A DNA stretch of 63,896 nucleotides, filler included, from Ionaspis alba (lineage: Eukaryota), in NCBI GenBank assembly GCA_964255285.1. It is 3 parts of 3 records of this genome, joined end to end, with 100 filler letters (N's around TTAATTAATTAA, not from the genome) between each part and the next. Parts side by side here need not be neighbours in the genome. Positions count along the whole stretch, not along the records: positions 1 to 23,032 come from CAXUUL010000192.1; 2 more parts are not named here. One strand, written 5' to 3'. The first letter of the stretch is position 1. Every line of letters begins with the position of its first letter. The translations under genes were made by a program, and so were the position numbers. The notes beneath the pieces are model-generated. The model saw only the letters and a program-made list of their open reading frames with translations. It was not told where the DNA came from and did not search any database. Shown piece by piece: positions 1-14,281 of this stretch.

Positions 1-1252
1 GCAAACACTGCATCCAAAACGACAAAACATTTCCCCGCAACCTTGGCTCTCCACGCCGACGACCACCTGAGTAGTGTCTACGATGTGGCACCACCAATCC
101 ACGTCTCCACAACCTTCCGCTACGACAACGATCCCGACAAGCTGATCCCCGCCCGGGAGCAAGAAGTACGCTCCCTATCGTCTGCGTTACCACTCCTTCC
201 CGTTTACCTTCATCCCGGACAATCCTAACAATACCTAGTCAGACCCCTCAGACCGCCACGTCTACTCCCGCGAAACAGCTCCCACCTCCACCCGCCTCGA
301 AGCTGTCCTCACCAGCCTTCTACACGCCCCCGCCCTGACCTACTCCTCGGGGCTTTCCGCACTCCACGCAGCCTACGTCCACCTTCGTCCTCGTGCCGTC
401 TCCGTCGGCGGCGGCTATCACGGCTCCCATGCTGTTCTAGCCCTTCACCACAAACTCACAGGCTTGCGCATATTGCCACTTGATTGCCCGGCTGAAGAGC
501 TCAGTGAGGGCGATGTGGTGCATCTTGAGACACCGGTGAATCCAACGGGCGAGGCGCTGAACATAAAGAAGTATGCGGAAAAGGCACATTCTAGAGGCGC
601 CATACTGCTGATCGATGCGACGTTTGGTCCGCCTGGATTGCAAGAACCGTTCAGTCTTGGCGCGGATATCGTGATGCATAGTGGGACGAAGTATCTGGGA
701 GGTCATAGCGATCTATTGATGGGGGTGCTGGCGACGAAGAGGGAGGAGTGGGTCAAGGGCTTGGGTGAAGAGAGGGCGGTCATTGGGAACGTGGTGGGTG
801 GTTTGGAGGGATGGTTGGGATTAAGGAGTTTGAGGACGTTAGAGGTCAGAGTCAAGAGGCAGAGTGAAAGCGCAGAGAAGTTGGTTGCGTGGCTGAGTGG
901 GTTGCTAGGGAGTAGGGAGGGGGAGGACGGGCAATGTGTTGGCAGAACGGTGGAGAGGGTACTACATGCCAGTTTGCAGAAAGAGGATATGGAGTGGTTA
1001 CGGCCGCAGATGTTTGGTGGCTTTGGACCTGTGTTTGCTATTTGGATGCGTAGCGAGGAATTGGCAAGACGATTGCCGAGCAAGCTGGAGCTTTTCGCGC
1101 ATGCGACGTCTTTGGGAGGTGTAGAGAGTTTGATCGAGTGGAGAGCAATGAGTGATAAGACAGTGGATGGGAAGGTTCTTAGGGTCAGCGTTGGACTGGA
1201 ATCATGGGAGGATCTAAGGGATGACTTGATGCACGGTTTCAGGACATTGTGA
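1..1252 (+). CDS. PLP-dependent Cys/Met metabolism (cystathionine gamma-synthase/lyase-like) enzyme; 5' end outside window
   Basis: Motifs DVAPPIHVSTTFRY, VYSRETAPTSTRLE, LETPVNP, IDATFGPP, HSGTKYLGGHSD (PLP lysine), HATSLGGVESLIE, LRVSVGLE. Intron 166-238 (GTACGC...CCTAAC...TAG) joins the ORFs in frame. Stop TGA ends at 1252. Confidence 0.92.
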
Positions 1253-1654
1253 GAGGAAGTGACGCGAGCAGAGAAGGAGAGTCACGGGAAAACTAGATAT
1301 AACTAACGCCAGAGAGCCTTCATGGTTCAGTCTGTGTTTACGTATCTAAGTAAAAATGTTCAACGCTGTCTAATGATGGTCTTGACATCTTGAGTGTTAC
1401 TCAAAGTATTGAGATTTTGAACTAATGTTGCAGCTGGTATTGGTATGAGCAGGCCGCTCCGGTTCAAAGTCAACACCGCACAAGCTGAATAAATCAAGTA
1501 TATTGGTGCTCACAATCGGAAAGCCTTCGCTATGCCCAAAACGAGGACGTCCTTCCTCACAAACTGCACACATGCAAGCAAGCCAAAGCAAAGCAATACG
1601 ACTCCAAGACCAATGCAGCCAGCTCCATCAATCCTTTTGGCGCACAAGAAAACC

Positions 1655-4600
1655 TCATTTCATGAAAGCTGCCATCTTCGAGCCCTTCTGCACCGCTGCA
1701 GGTAATGCTCTCCCGAATCGATCACGATCTGCATCAGCACGTCAGTCAGAATCTCGACCGATCAAACGGCAAAGAAGAGAGTAGACATACCCTCTTCAGC
1801 ATCAAACCCAATCATAATGTCATCGTGCTCGGCAGGATATTCCGGGCTATCCAAACATACAAACTCCCACCCCTCCCCCTTCTCCTGCTTCGGCATCGCA
1901 AACTTCGCATCTACAAATCTGATAAAGAACTTCCCATTACGGCTGAAAGACTCGAACAAGTCTGTGCTGCGCAGCACCATGTTCATGCAGCGGCCGAGCT
2001 CGAAGTCCTCGAGGACGGCGACGAGCTGGGTGGTCTTTTCTTGCTTGACGATTTGTAGCCGTGCGAGTTTGGCTTCGAGGCGCTTGTAGATGGGGACTAC
2101 CATGCGGCGGCGGGAGATGGCGAAGCATGTGGCGATGCTGGGTTTTGGTCAGTAAGAATGATTGGCTCTGAGAAAGGATGGGTCTCGTACTCGTCGTATG
2201 TAACAGAGAAGCCGGTGATAAGCTCCTGGAATTGGTGGAGATCTGTTTTTGGATTAGCAATGCTCCTGAAGAGTGTGGCTATGTGGCAACTAGCCCTGTA
2301 TCTTCGGAAATGTGTAGGAGTGAGTGGTGGATGTAGACGCTGCTTCGTCCATGGTTTTGATCAGGCTCTTGGGTCCATCTGGTCCCAGTAGATTCTCGGC
2401 GAAAGAAATCGTCATGTTATTCCGTGCTGGATGCAATATTTTCAAGATAGGTTTTTCTGTTACATCGAGGCTTACTTGCAGCTCGCCAGGAGCCAAATTG
2501 ACGTGTTCTGTAAGTGTGCCTAGATTGGACGTCATGCAAATCCTTAACGGGTCCGAAGACGTTGCTTCTGGGCTGTCTGAAGTGTCTCTTTCTTGTATCA
2601 CCTTGACATGGTGCCACTCTATTCCGGGTGCGAGTGTCAACATGCTAGGAAATTCGGTCGAGTTCTTCACTATCTGAAAGTCTTGAAGCGTCAACTCGGC
2701 AGATGACCATTCGTTCGGGCCGACAAAAGCACTGCTCAATAGCATGTGCAGCTCGGTCCGTTTCAAGACCTCATGAAACGTCAGTACGATCGATAACTTC
2801 ACCCCTTCATCTCGTACGTTCAGGAGTAGAGCAGGTGCGTTATTCTCGCCTCTGAGGTAGTTGAACAGTATGGGTGACTTCGGGCCGAACAGTTTGCTGA
2901 TGCTACTCAACGTTTTGACACCTGGTGGTGTGACAACGAGCATTCTATGGCCGTCATGTAGATCCGTATGACCACTGCCACCTACTATTCGAAGCTTCTT
3001 CTCAAAGAGACGTACTTTGCAACGCTTGATTGGGTTTGATGGAAAAGTGCCCTGGGAGCCTGGTGGAGGTATATATTGAAACATAGTGACCGAGTCATTG
3101 AAGACAACTTCTTCATTCTCCTTCGGCTTCCATTCCTGATCGACTCGGCGAGTATAGTCATGAATACCCCACAGAGTTTTGAAATCGGATTCCCAGAATC
3201 TCACCGTCAGATCAAGGTCTCGCGTCAAGTTGATTCGAAGGCTATGAGACTTGACTTTCCAGTGGATATCAGTCCACGTTGGACCTCTTTTCTTATCAGG
3301 CTGTATATGAAGATTCACTTGACCGTCCTGGCTTGCGATTGTGATCTCCAAGTTGGAGCTTGATCGTTCTCGAATTATTGAAAGAATGCAAGGAAACTGA
3401 AGATCATCGCCCGAGTCGTCGTCAGACACGATCTCAGTATCCACAAACATCCTGCCGTAGCTGAAGTGCCGCTCCGTATCTCCGATCAATATACCAAAGA
3501 ATGGCTCACGACCTGGTGAGCTGCGTTTGATTAGTGTTCTTGGGTCAAGATCTGCTACCAGAGCCAAAAGTCCAGGAGGAAGACTTGGATAATGAACCCA
3601 GATGGTTGTATCCACACCTTGTACTAGTAGTGAGTGGGGTGGTAAGAGCCGATTTTTCTTCATAGACAGCATCAGTGCCCTCATGTTTCCACGAAGAGAC
3701 TTGCCAACTTGTTTGATTCGTGCCTCATCGAGGCCATCAATACTATCAGATGAGCCTGAATGTCTGGCATTCGGTAGTGATAGGGAGCCATCAGGTATAA
3801 TCTCCTCCATGATCCACCAGGCTTTGGCCAAGTCGACATAGCTCTGTTTGGTCTGCAACGGCAGATCCATGCCCTCGAGCCTGGGTGATCTATTTTGCGC
3901 CAACCGTGCACTAGCCTCGAGCCCACTCCTGCCTTTCAAGAACCACCAAGTACTGGCTCGTAGCCAGTGCTCCGAGGCTCTCTGTGCTGTGACTTGCGAG
4001 GTTTCCGCGGCTAGTCGGAAGACACCTCGTAGATGCTGCATCCTGGCGTAAAACTCGTCTTGCGACTCATCGTCCCTAAGATTACCGGATGCATCGTCCA
4101 AGATGTCTGGGTGTGGTGACGGTCGTCGGTGCGATGAGGTGTCGGTAAAGGGAGAGAGCGTATTCCAATACGCATGTTCTGAGCCAACAGTTGAGCTAGA
4201 TGAGGGTACTGGCGGAAGGTGAAGATCATCAGGTGGGAGTGCTTGCGGAGGTACGTCTGGGATTTGCGGGGTTGGAGTCGAGCTTGGTGGTTGAGGGGAG
4301 TTGCGTATCGGGAGAGAAGCGTTTTGTTTTGGTTTAGGCACTTCCTTCCGCCGCGGACTTTCTGGCTTCTGCGCAAATTGTTCCGTCCGGGCTAGTTCAC
4401 TTGAGACGCGGTCATGTGGATTGGGCCTGTGTGCGGGAGGTCTTCGAGGAAAAGAATCGACAAGACTTTCCTGACTTTGGCCTGAACCATTCCGATCCTT
4501 GCTTACTGCTCCACTACCAACTTCTTTTCTGTGGTGTATTTGGGCATTTCCTTCCTCCAGCTCCATAGAACGCCTTCTGATATCCAGATCAAATGGTGGG

Positions 4601-5247
4601 GACAAATGGTCGGCTCCTGTCTGAACTCTCCGCAACAGAGGCTTGCGGAAGTCCATATCATCTTCCGATGTGTTGTCTCCAAACGGCGGAGGGGACTTTA
4701 GGCCGTGAAAAAGGCCTTGACGTATCTCTGAATCCCCTCGAAATCCGGCATGAGGCGCCTCCGGGGATCCTTCTGCTCTCGCCTGTGACCATGCGCTATG
4801 GACTTCCCGTGCTGGCAGCTCGGCCTCGTCCCCACCTTCCCCAATTATGTCCGGTTGTGCGTTTGTGAAGGTGACATGTATATTCTTGACCTTCCGCCTC
4901 TTCTTCTGTGCCATTAGAGGCTGAGAATGCGACGAGTGAGCGGTCGAAGGCCGTGAGCCTATAGAAGCAGGACTTTCGTCCACCAAGTTTGCCGTGACTG
5001 ACATCGGCCATCGTGGTGCTATAGTCGTATCGATTCGGGGTTTCTGCAACGGCTTCTGGCTGGTACCGTGAAGGAAGTCAGAAACATCGTTATCGTCGGT
5101 CTTGCTCGAGCGGCCTTCCTCCTTTCTCAGTTTGTCTATCCCCTTCCCTAGCTGCGCCGCCTTGTAGAACAGTTTGCCCCGCCATTTATTGCTGGCGAGT
5201 ATAGACTGCTCGCGTGACAGTTCCGAGCCCGAACTATCGTCAGGCAT
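1655..5247 (-). CDS. Large (~1140 aa) conserved fungal protein of unknown function; Pro/Ser-rich disordered N-half and folded C-half
   Basis: 985-codon ORF 2290-5247 continues through three short introns (2243-2294 with a GC donor, ~2140-2190, ~1730-1790). Downstream exons read DLHQFQELITGFSVTYD, FAISRRRMVVPIYKRLEA and DRDRFGRALPAAV. Stop TGA at 1655-1657. Confidence 0.82.
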
Positions 5248-6668
5248 GGTAGCGACAGCCTCATGGACACTGAAGAAAACTGTGTGAGATCATGGCCTTC
5301 CAGGATTATGTTCTTATTTCCAGAGTGAGTTGGGATGTGGAGTGGTGAAACGAGGATGCTTCCGTAACAGTGTTTCGTGGGTCAAGCTATTTCATTCCTG
5401 AGACTCGGCGTTCTGCTTGGAGTGCCACAATGCATTATGCCCAAGTACACGGAGTGAAGCCGTTATTGAGCCTCCTCCCGCGGTCTGAGTAGGTAAGCAC
5501 TTCGAGCTGTGGGATACTGTAGGGCAAATTAGATATCCTTGAGAACGCCGGGGGTTGCTCGGAATCCCTTGCATGGAGCCAATCAGAGCGGCCCTGGGAT
5601 CACCGGACTATCGATATGGTAGGCCGCATTCTAAGGGGTATCGAGGGGCTATCGCTACGACTTGCATATTGTCTTCTCACGTGAGCTTACTAGAGAACAA
5701 ACTTCAATTCATTCCGGAATACTGTTGGGCTTGTCACAATCACGATATCCTACTTTTATTGCAGGCAAGCGTAGCGAAAAGAGCCTTTCGAACCGCCAAT
5801 AGCCCCTCCCTCGCCTGGCGCCTCGAGAGGGTCATTACGACCCCCGCTTGCTGGTTGAATAAAGACTACATCTCAGAGAGTATCTAGGGAAGGCTTGACA
5901 GGAGTTTCAACCAACGACCTCAATAGCAGGACTGAACGTTTGTGGCGAGCCGATGCCAAGACAGTTGCTCGAGGCCAGCAGCCGGCAGGGCACGAGGCTG
6001 TATATGTATTCAGCATAGCCTATGTGAACTGACTACATTTCAGAGCATATGCGTCAGATCTGGTTAAGGTTGCTTCCCCCATAGGCTGGATGAATGGGGA
6101 TTGTGAAGTAATGCATTGTCAGCCATCAAATAGTGGAATGGAAGGGATGCAGTTCGTGGATGCACGTTGGGAAGACTCATCAGACAAGGCTACTAGTTAC
6201 ACGGCTGCGAGCAGTGTCGAGAGAGCATATATATGAGTCCTCTGGCATATAATCTTGTAAAAACGAAAGAGCGGAGAGGTTCGATGAATGATTGAGGAGC
6301 ATCCTTGGCAGTTGGTGAGTTATTGGCACGCTGTGATTCAGCCACACCCGATGGATTGTTGGCCTTATCGACCCCAGGCTCGTATAAGCCCATTTAGTCA
6401 TAAGTGGTCATGTAGAGTAGCAGCACTTGTGGATGGGGCCTCGTAATCATCGTCTGAGGGGGTCAGCTTCAACGGAGCGCTGTCCAGGCGGCACTTTGGG
6501 CGGATCCTTGGCACGATCTGCCATTCCTCGAACTTTACTTCTGGTACCACAAATACACACCTGATAATGGTGGTATCTCTTGCCTGACATTCCTCGCAGG
6601 ATGATAATGCATAATCTTCCTGGTGGAGCCAAAGATGATTCTTCTTGCACGTCGGTACGTCTCTCAAC

Positions 6669-8373
6669 ATGCCCAAGCCTGACTTCCTTCAAGACCTGAA
6701 GGTTGATCTGGAGATGCCCTACTATCATGACTCTCCTTCACCCTTGTCACCATTCAACAACACCACCTTCCTGAGAGTGCGCAGGATGCTGAGGAGTCCG
6801 AATGCTAGACACTTAATCATCCTCGCGGTCTTCGCCCTCATTCTGCTTGCCACCTTTCAAGGCACGAGACGCACCTCAGCCTACAACTTCTGGGCCCCGA
6901 AAGAACTCTTCTCCTGTTCCTCAACCAGATCCAACCCACACTCCGTACGTGCACCCACAGCGCCAGATCAAGCATCCCTCGTTAGACTTTGGTCTGGGCT
7001 CCATGAGCTTTTCGACGCTCATCGGCCTCGGCCGGCGCATATCGACCAACCGGAGCACAAGAGTGACCTTGGCTTTCCGACCAAGGAACAGCTGAAACAT
7101 ATACTTAACTTTACGGATACCGACGCTCATGCGACCCGCATCGAACATGAAGCGGTTGTTCGTCATCTTCCGCCATACCCAGAGAAGGTCTTCAAGGGCA
7201 AGGGGGTCGTTATGTTAGCAGGGGGGAGATATTCTGAGTATGCCGCAACAGCACTGGGTATGCTACGAGAAGTGGGGAGCCAGCTCCCCGTGGAGGTGTG
7301 GATGAAAGACCATACAGAACAGAACGTTGAATGGTGCGCAGAGCTAGAAAAGGAGGGGATGGCATGTCGATTACTGGAGGACTATATGAGCATGGCAGTG
7401 CTGCCAAGACCTTATCAGTGGAAAATCTTCACGATTCTTTTCTCCTCGTTCAAGGATATAATATTCCTCGACGCGGACGACATGCCTGTGAAGAATCCAG
7501 ACTTTATCTTCGATGCACAAATTTACCGGGATAAGGGAGCTGTACTTTGGCCGGATTATTGGAAACACAGCGGGACCCATTGGCTTCCGTATATCCTAGG
7601 CGTCACCGAGGAAGCATCTGAGTTGTTTCAGGACGAGAAGAGTGTGGAATCTGGTCAATTGATTTGGGACAAGGAGCGACACTGGAAGGTATGCTTGCCA
7701 TTTGTCCCTGAATTGGAAGGTCTACATGATATGGAGCTGACATGTTGGGCTCCGTTAGAGTCTCTGCCTCGCCACTTATTATAATTACTACGGACCACAA
7801 TACTATTACACGGTCATCAACCAAGGTTGGGCCGGCTGGGGCGACAAAGACACATTCCCCATGGCGCTGAAAGCTCTCAGGGAGCCATATCACCAGGTGT
7901 CTCACGACCTGATGACCTTGTTTGTGAACGGAGTGGATTTGGGAATTGGCATGGTCCAGGCCAGTCCGGCAAATGCTACAACATACGAGCCACTGTTCCT
8001 ACATTCGAACATCGTCAAATGGAGCATGCGAGATTTCCTATGCGTCGGTTGCCCGGCCGTCAAAGGCGATGCTGCGTACCTCAGCTACTTGGAAAATCCT
8101 GATTACCCCGTCAACAAACACCTCAAGGAAGGGCTGCGCATCTTTGACGCAGGTCCTTTGAAGGCGAAAGGCATTGATCCTGAACCTTTGATGTGGAAAT
8201 GTCTGGAGCATACGGCCTGTCGCAGTGTAATGGGGAACGATCAGGTGTGTCGCCAAGCACGAGACCATATGGAAAAGGTGTTTGGCTTCGAATTCAAGGC
8301 GAATTCGGTAGCGTCAGCTGTTGGGTATGGGGATAAGGTTTGCGTCGTTGACCCACCACCTTTGAGGCGTTGA
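6669..8373 (+). CDS. Golgi alpha-1,2-mannosyltransferase, MNN2/MNN5-like (GT71)
   Basis: Type II TM anchor (HLIILAVFALILLA); motifs GKGVVMLAGG, LPVEVW, FLDADD (DxD), LWPDYW, ESGQL, YYNYYGP, GWGDKDTF, PLFLHSN. Intron 7689-7758. Start may be 6669 or 6714. Confidence 0.9.
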
Positions 8374-9910
8374 AAGCCCGAGGATTTCCGTCCTTCTGTT
8401 TTTTAATGTTGTGACGACAGCGTCTTAGTCAGAGTTCTGGTCTTTTATCCCGGCTGTGATTTGGCATTTGAAGGAGCATGGGAGGAGCGTCTAAACATGT
8501 TGGAGTAAATACCCAAGACATCGGTCCGAACAGAGCTCCTCGTAGCGAGGAATATTTTCCGAGGAAATCTGGAATATTATAGATTTAATCACTACAATCA
8601 CTGCAACAGAATGATCACTGAACATCTTCGTCGTTGGAACACGTGATGTCTCGACCCGCTAAGAGAAAACTAAATAGGGCAGAAATGGCAAAAACAGTGA
8701 TCCAAAAATAGTAGCCAACCCATATGTAATGATTTACAGCCTCCGTCCGATACAAGATAACCAGATATGGTGTGCATACACGAGAAAGTCTACGAGGTCG
8801 CACAGAGATTGAATGACACATTTTCTGCCAAATGGAGTGGTGGGTATGGTCAAACGGCTTTCACAGTCATGAAGAATCCGCATCTATAGCTGCAGGAGTT
8901 CTTGTCTGAGACTATTGAGGGAAGGTACGGGCGAAAAATGTGTTCGCGGCAGTTTGACATGCCCTAGACGGGTTTACGGCATTGTCTTTAGCTTCTGATT
9001 GACAGGAGGATGGATGATCTTGAGGTAGATCTCTCTGTTGATCCTCTCCCGTCATCGACCAGAATAGACATTTAGGTGGTGTGCCGAACGGATCAGTGGA
9101 AATGATTCCTTGGCATAGATTGTATACATTCTGTACGAACGATTTTGATATCTACCATCCATTGCACTTTGGTGACCGTATTAATTATGCCGCAAAGTCA
9201 AGATTTGGACAATGTAGTATGGTGGCAGGTTGGAATCCACGAAAGTATTACAGATTCTGCAAGCGATCCAAGCATGGAAGGGTGAGACGTCAGGGCTGAC
9301 AAGGCTGCTGCTCTATTTTTTGCTGGGGTTGCCTTCAACGAGTGACCCTCAAACCTGCTTCGCCATCTTCTTCCGTCCTCTCAGTGAACTGTGTACTGCA
9401 GCACATACCGGGCAGCAGCACGCATGGATGCTTACGCCAACTTAGTCCCAAGGACCGTTTCCCATTCCATGTGATTGATTACTTCCCATTACTTCCCTCC
9501 CATCCTACCATGCCAGCTCAAGAGCCCCCACGTTGCTTGTGAAATCGGGGCTTTCTAGACGGCCGTCATCAGTGAGCGTCATCCCTCTTCCACTGTCGAA
9601 GTATTCGCAACGCTTCCTTCTCCTGGCTGGGTGCTCCTTGTCTGTCGATTGAATAGTGGAAGTGTGGTGTTTCACCACACGACCGTCCGCCAATTGTGGA
9701 GTTGGGCAAGCAGACCCTGCTCGATGATCTTTTTCGCCACAGCTATTTACCTCGACCACAAATTATCGTTTTCCAACGGTGCGCATAACGTCAGAACCTT
9801 CTTAACGGTCTCGCACGGCCTTTTCGATCCAGTGGTCGTGGAAACTCTGTCCAAATTACCTTTGGGAAGACAGATCTCAATCGTGCGGAGCAGATGGGGT
9901 CGTGAGGGAA

Positions 9911-12900
9911 ATGGATACTGTGGTTTCGAAGGGGGAATACAATACCTGGTCGAGATTTCCAGGATGTATGGATGATTATAGACTTGGGCATGTTGCGGCT
10001 GGTTTTGCCAACGCAAAAATGTCCTGGCAGAGCTACGAAGTGTGGTTAAGACAGCTGTGGCTAGCAAAACCGTCAATACTCCGGCCGACCCATCTACAGT
10101 GCAGACAGAAGAACCTCTCAAGTCAAATGTTCCTACAGCTCATGCTGTCAGTCTTGCTCTTGATCTCGTTCTCAAATCCTGTCCTGGCCGCCCGCATCAA
10201 TTTCGACAACTGCCTCGAGCCTGGCGTCATAAACTCTGACCCGCTTCAACTACAGTTGATACCGCTTATCGTGACTGCTTTTTTCAATACCTCTGCGCCG
10301 AGCCATACTCTGAATGTCACTGTCTATGGAAACGTCTCCGGTAAAGCTACTCAGGAACCATTACCACCGCCGGATGATCCGCATTGGAGGAATCCAAATG
10401 CGACTTTGGGAAAGCTTACGGATCTGAACAACGACAACCATCAATTCTCCACTCTCAAGGCGAGATACAATGTTCTCAGCTACACTCCATATGTTGCTCC
10501 ATTCGAGAGCTTCTGTAACAGCACCTTGAATGCCCAATGTCCTATTGGCCCAAGTTTCAATGCCAATTCGTAAGTCCTCTTCAATCGATCTAACTGTTAT
10601 CAGTCGAAGAATCATTCGTTGACTTGTCTCTCTCCAACAGGAGCGATGATGCGCAGCTACCTGGTTTCTCGATGTCCCATGACATGTACGCTTCTTACGC
10701 CTTCACAACGATTACGGCAAATTTGCGTGTGACCGCAGGTGACAAGGCAGTAACTTCATGGGCTTGCGTGACCGCGAGCATTACTCCGGCTCTGGGAAGC
10801 ACTATTGAGAATCTACTCACCTACATTCCCGTCTTGGTTCTGGTCTTTGTTGGGATTGCGACAGCTTCAGCCGCGATTTTCAGCCCTTGGGGTACTCTTG
10901 ATGTGTTTCGATGGACGACCAACTACGGCAGGGATGCGGATCAACTTCGATTGATCACACCTGGATTTGCCGACTGTCTCCAGTATATCCAATTTATCGT
11001 TCTTTCGGGATCTCTGAGCTTGAACTATCCAGGCTTCTTTCAACCTGTCGTCAGTCGTGTGAGTTGGTCAGCGCTCATGTTTAATGAGAGCTTCGTCAGC
11101 CATGGACCTGGGAGCCAACCTATACAGGACGGTATATATGTTGCCAATGGAACATACGGAATGAATCGAATGAGCCAGCTGGTAGGCATGACGGCTGATA
11201 AAGATATATGGGCCGGGACCATGATTTGGCTTCTGGTCATCATCGCTGCGCTTGTGGTTCTTATCCAGATTGGATTCGTCTGCCGGCTACTCTATCGCCT
11301 CATTTCGAACACACAAGAGGAGGACCTGCGCGCCAAGAATTTTCCGTTCTCGATCGGTAACTCCATCAGGATCATCTTCAATTACTTCCTCCTACCAATC
11401 GTTGCTCTCTCCATGTATCAACTGGTCGTTTCGAGTACCTCGCCGGCATACACCGTCGGCCTTGCAGCCGTCACTCTGGCCATCCTGGTGGGTTTCTCCG
11501 CCTACCTTTTATGGCTCATAGCTTCCACCCGTCCCCGCTCTTATCTCTTCGACGATCTTCCCACTGTCCTTTTGTACGGACCTCTTTACAACACCTACGG
11601 CGACCACGCAGCTACTTTCGCACTGGTACCGGTCATGCTCACATTCCTTCGAGGCGTTGCTATTGGTGCTGTTCAGCCATCTGGAATCGCACAACTAGTC
11701 CTGCTAGCCATCTGTGAAGTGGTACTCATCTTGATGCTCAACGCTTTCCGGCCATTTTCTTCTCCGACCTCGATGAACGCCTTCCATACTTTCTTTGCCG
11801 TGGTTAGGCTTCTTACAGTTCTTCTTATGGTTGCTTTCGTTCCATCCCTGAACGTGGACGACACGCCAAGGGGGTGGATCGGATACGTCATTCTTCTTAT
11901 GCATGCAATCACACTTTTTGTGGGCTTCTTCATGCATTCTTTGCAGACTTTCACCGAAGTTATTGCCAGACTCGCGGGTGCCGGAGGCGAAGAGGGCGTT
12001 GGTGGTGGAGCCCAGAGAGGTGGTCTAGTCAAGGTATGAGTCTCTGGGATAGCGCCCTCGAATACAGCATTCCCGTCGCCTTCTTGCTTAAGGTGTTTGC
12101 AGTGCATGCTAACTTATCGTGCGTCCTCAGGTCTTCGGTATGCGTCAACTTTCACGGAGAAATCCTCGTCGCGCAGGCAGGGCAAGACACAGCCTTGCAT
12201 CGGATGCTGCAATTCTGGCCCCGGAAAACGATCAGAGATCAGCACAAGATGGTGGAAGGTCTCGAAGCATGTCCGCCAGTTCCGCCATCTTGCTCAACAA
12301 GCATCCTGCCAGCGATGGCCGACGCAGCATGGGACTTGATTCCGTCAGCGTACCTGGAGGAACCCATAGCCATACTAGGAGTGGCAGTGGCAATTTTACT
12401 CCCACAACACCTGTCGATGTGACCTCCATCAATAATGCTCCGGGAGCGAGCCAAAATGGCCGCCATGGTGGCTCTTCACCACGCGGAGGCATTGTAAACA
12501 TCAAGTCCGCTGAGGCTGCGGATCCTTATTTCAGACCACCACGGCCAAGAAGAGCTACAATGGATCTCATGTCTCCGGGTGGAAGAAGCAGAAGTTCTTG
12601 GGCTAGCGGTGACTTGAAGAAGGTCTCCAGTAGCTATAGTCCTGAACACGGATACTCACCTGATCCTGGTGAGGGACCATCCCCATCTGGCCGAGCTACT
12701 CCTCTACCTGCCCATCTCGGCGCGAATCGAGAACGTGCAGATTCAAATTCCGAAGATCCGAGACCCGATAAGACGGACTATGCTATTCGTGAAGTCGACT
12801 ACTATTATGGTGTGCGTGGACCAGCTCTATCAAACATGCCTACAAGGCGATTGAAGACTGGACCCGCCGATCCGACTGGTCCGGTCTCTGCAGCCACAGG

Positions 12901-13867
12901 ATGGTTCAAAAACCTTTTTGGCGGGAAGACGAAAGAGAAGGGCAAAGGGTTCGAGGTTGTCAGAAGCTCGCGAGTTCCTCCACTCGGTGCAGCTCCCGGC
13001 GAAATTGCTCTCACTGACCAGGCACCATACAAGGATGAGCCGAGCGACGAGTTGCAGTCTTCAGGTGTTGAGAGGTCAAGAGGTTTTGAGCTGGATAATG
13101 AAGGCGATGCGGTTGGAGGAGGAACTCGTCGCTTACGTGATGATCGTGCAAGTAAATTGAGCAGCGACGAAGAAGAAGAAGACGACTCAGGATCTGGCGG
13201 TGAGGATCCCTCAGCGTTTCCGTCGAGCCCTATATCCCCTTTTCCACCTTCACTACCGAACATTGATGCCGGTGGCGATATTGGAATTCCCAGCAGGAAA
13301 ACTTCCAAAGCAAGCTCAAAGCACTATCAAGGTGGTATTCGCAGCAAAGTCCCTACAGTGCCTAGGAAAAGCTCAAGACGAACTCATTCTCAAGGCAATA
13401 ACGATGTTACATTCGAAAATAGCACACGATTATCTGTCATTTCGCCGTCACCTCCCTTGTCTCCTCGAAAGCCATCTACCCAGGCGGACTGGCCATTGAA
13501 ACCGGACAGTCGGGCATCTCAGCGTCTGCCCTTCACGCTTGGTCCTTCACCAACCCATAGCATGGATCGCTCTTCTAATGGTGGTGGATCCGTCATTCTC
13601 GACATGAACAACCCCGAAGACGAGGAAGGTCGAGGTTCGGGCAGTGGACATGTCCGGCATACTTCCTCCGCCTTGGGCCAATACTCCGCGGCAGGAATAC
13701 GAGACGATCGACCTTCTAGCTTGGGCTACGTGCAACAGCACCGGGCTAGTGATCATATACACGTTGTCAATCCGAATGATCATCATATATCTGGATCAAC
13801 GGCTGAACTGGTTGATGATTCTACTGCTGGAAGACAAGGCCCTACATATGGGAGACGACGTTCTTAA
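9911..13867 (+). CDS. Fungal TRP-like / flavin carrier (FLC/Pkd2 family) integral membrane protein with long disordered C-tail
   Basis: Signal-like segment, then ARINFDNCL (ML-like TRP_N domain), LRLITPGFADCLQYIQFIVLSGSLSLNYPGFFQP, LYGPLYNTY and multiple TM helices. Introns 10570-10640 and 12034-12130. Start uncertain (9911 to 10127). Confidence 0.85.
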
Positions 13868-14281
13868 CATGGCTTTTCTTCTGGCTCAACTAAGCACTTT
13901 CAAGATTACATTCATTTTGACATTCCACTTCATTATTTACGAAAAGGCTTTTTGGTCGCATGACTTTTGTGGGCAGCGATACAGCAAGCGAGCGTCGTTT
14001 ACAGTATTATTTCTTCTTAGCGTGGGTGTTCATCTGGGTTGGCGTTTTGGGGGAGATGATCGAGCATAGATAGCCAGGACGAGGAATCGTAAATGGGTAG
14101 TGGGTCGTGGCTTTGCCTTCTTTGTACCATATTGGCCAATTTGGGATGGGAGGGCTTATTACCTTCCAGGCACACGAAGGGAGGATGAAGGCGACGAACA
14201 CGCTCAGCCAGAGGAGTAGGAGCAAAATTTGTAGACACGGGTGCCACTGAGTGTATAGGCAAAACGAGTCGTATATTTCAG

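Noticed and set aside
6398..6676. 92-aa minus-strand ORF with CxxC overlapping the mannosyltransferase start
   Set aside because: No recognisable family and no room for a promoter; likely a chance ORF.
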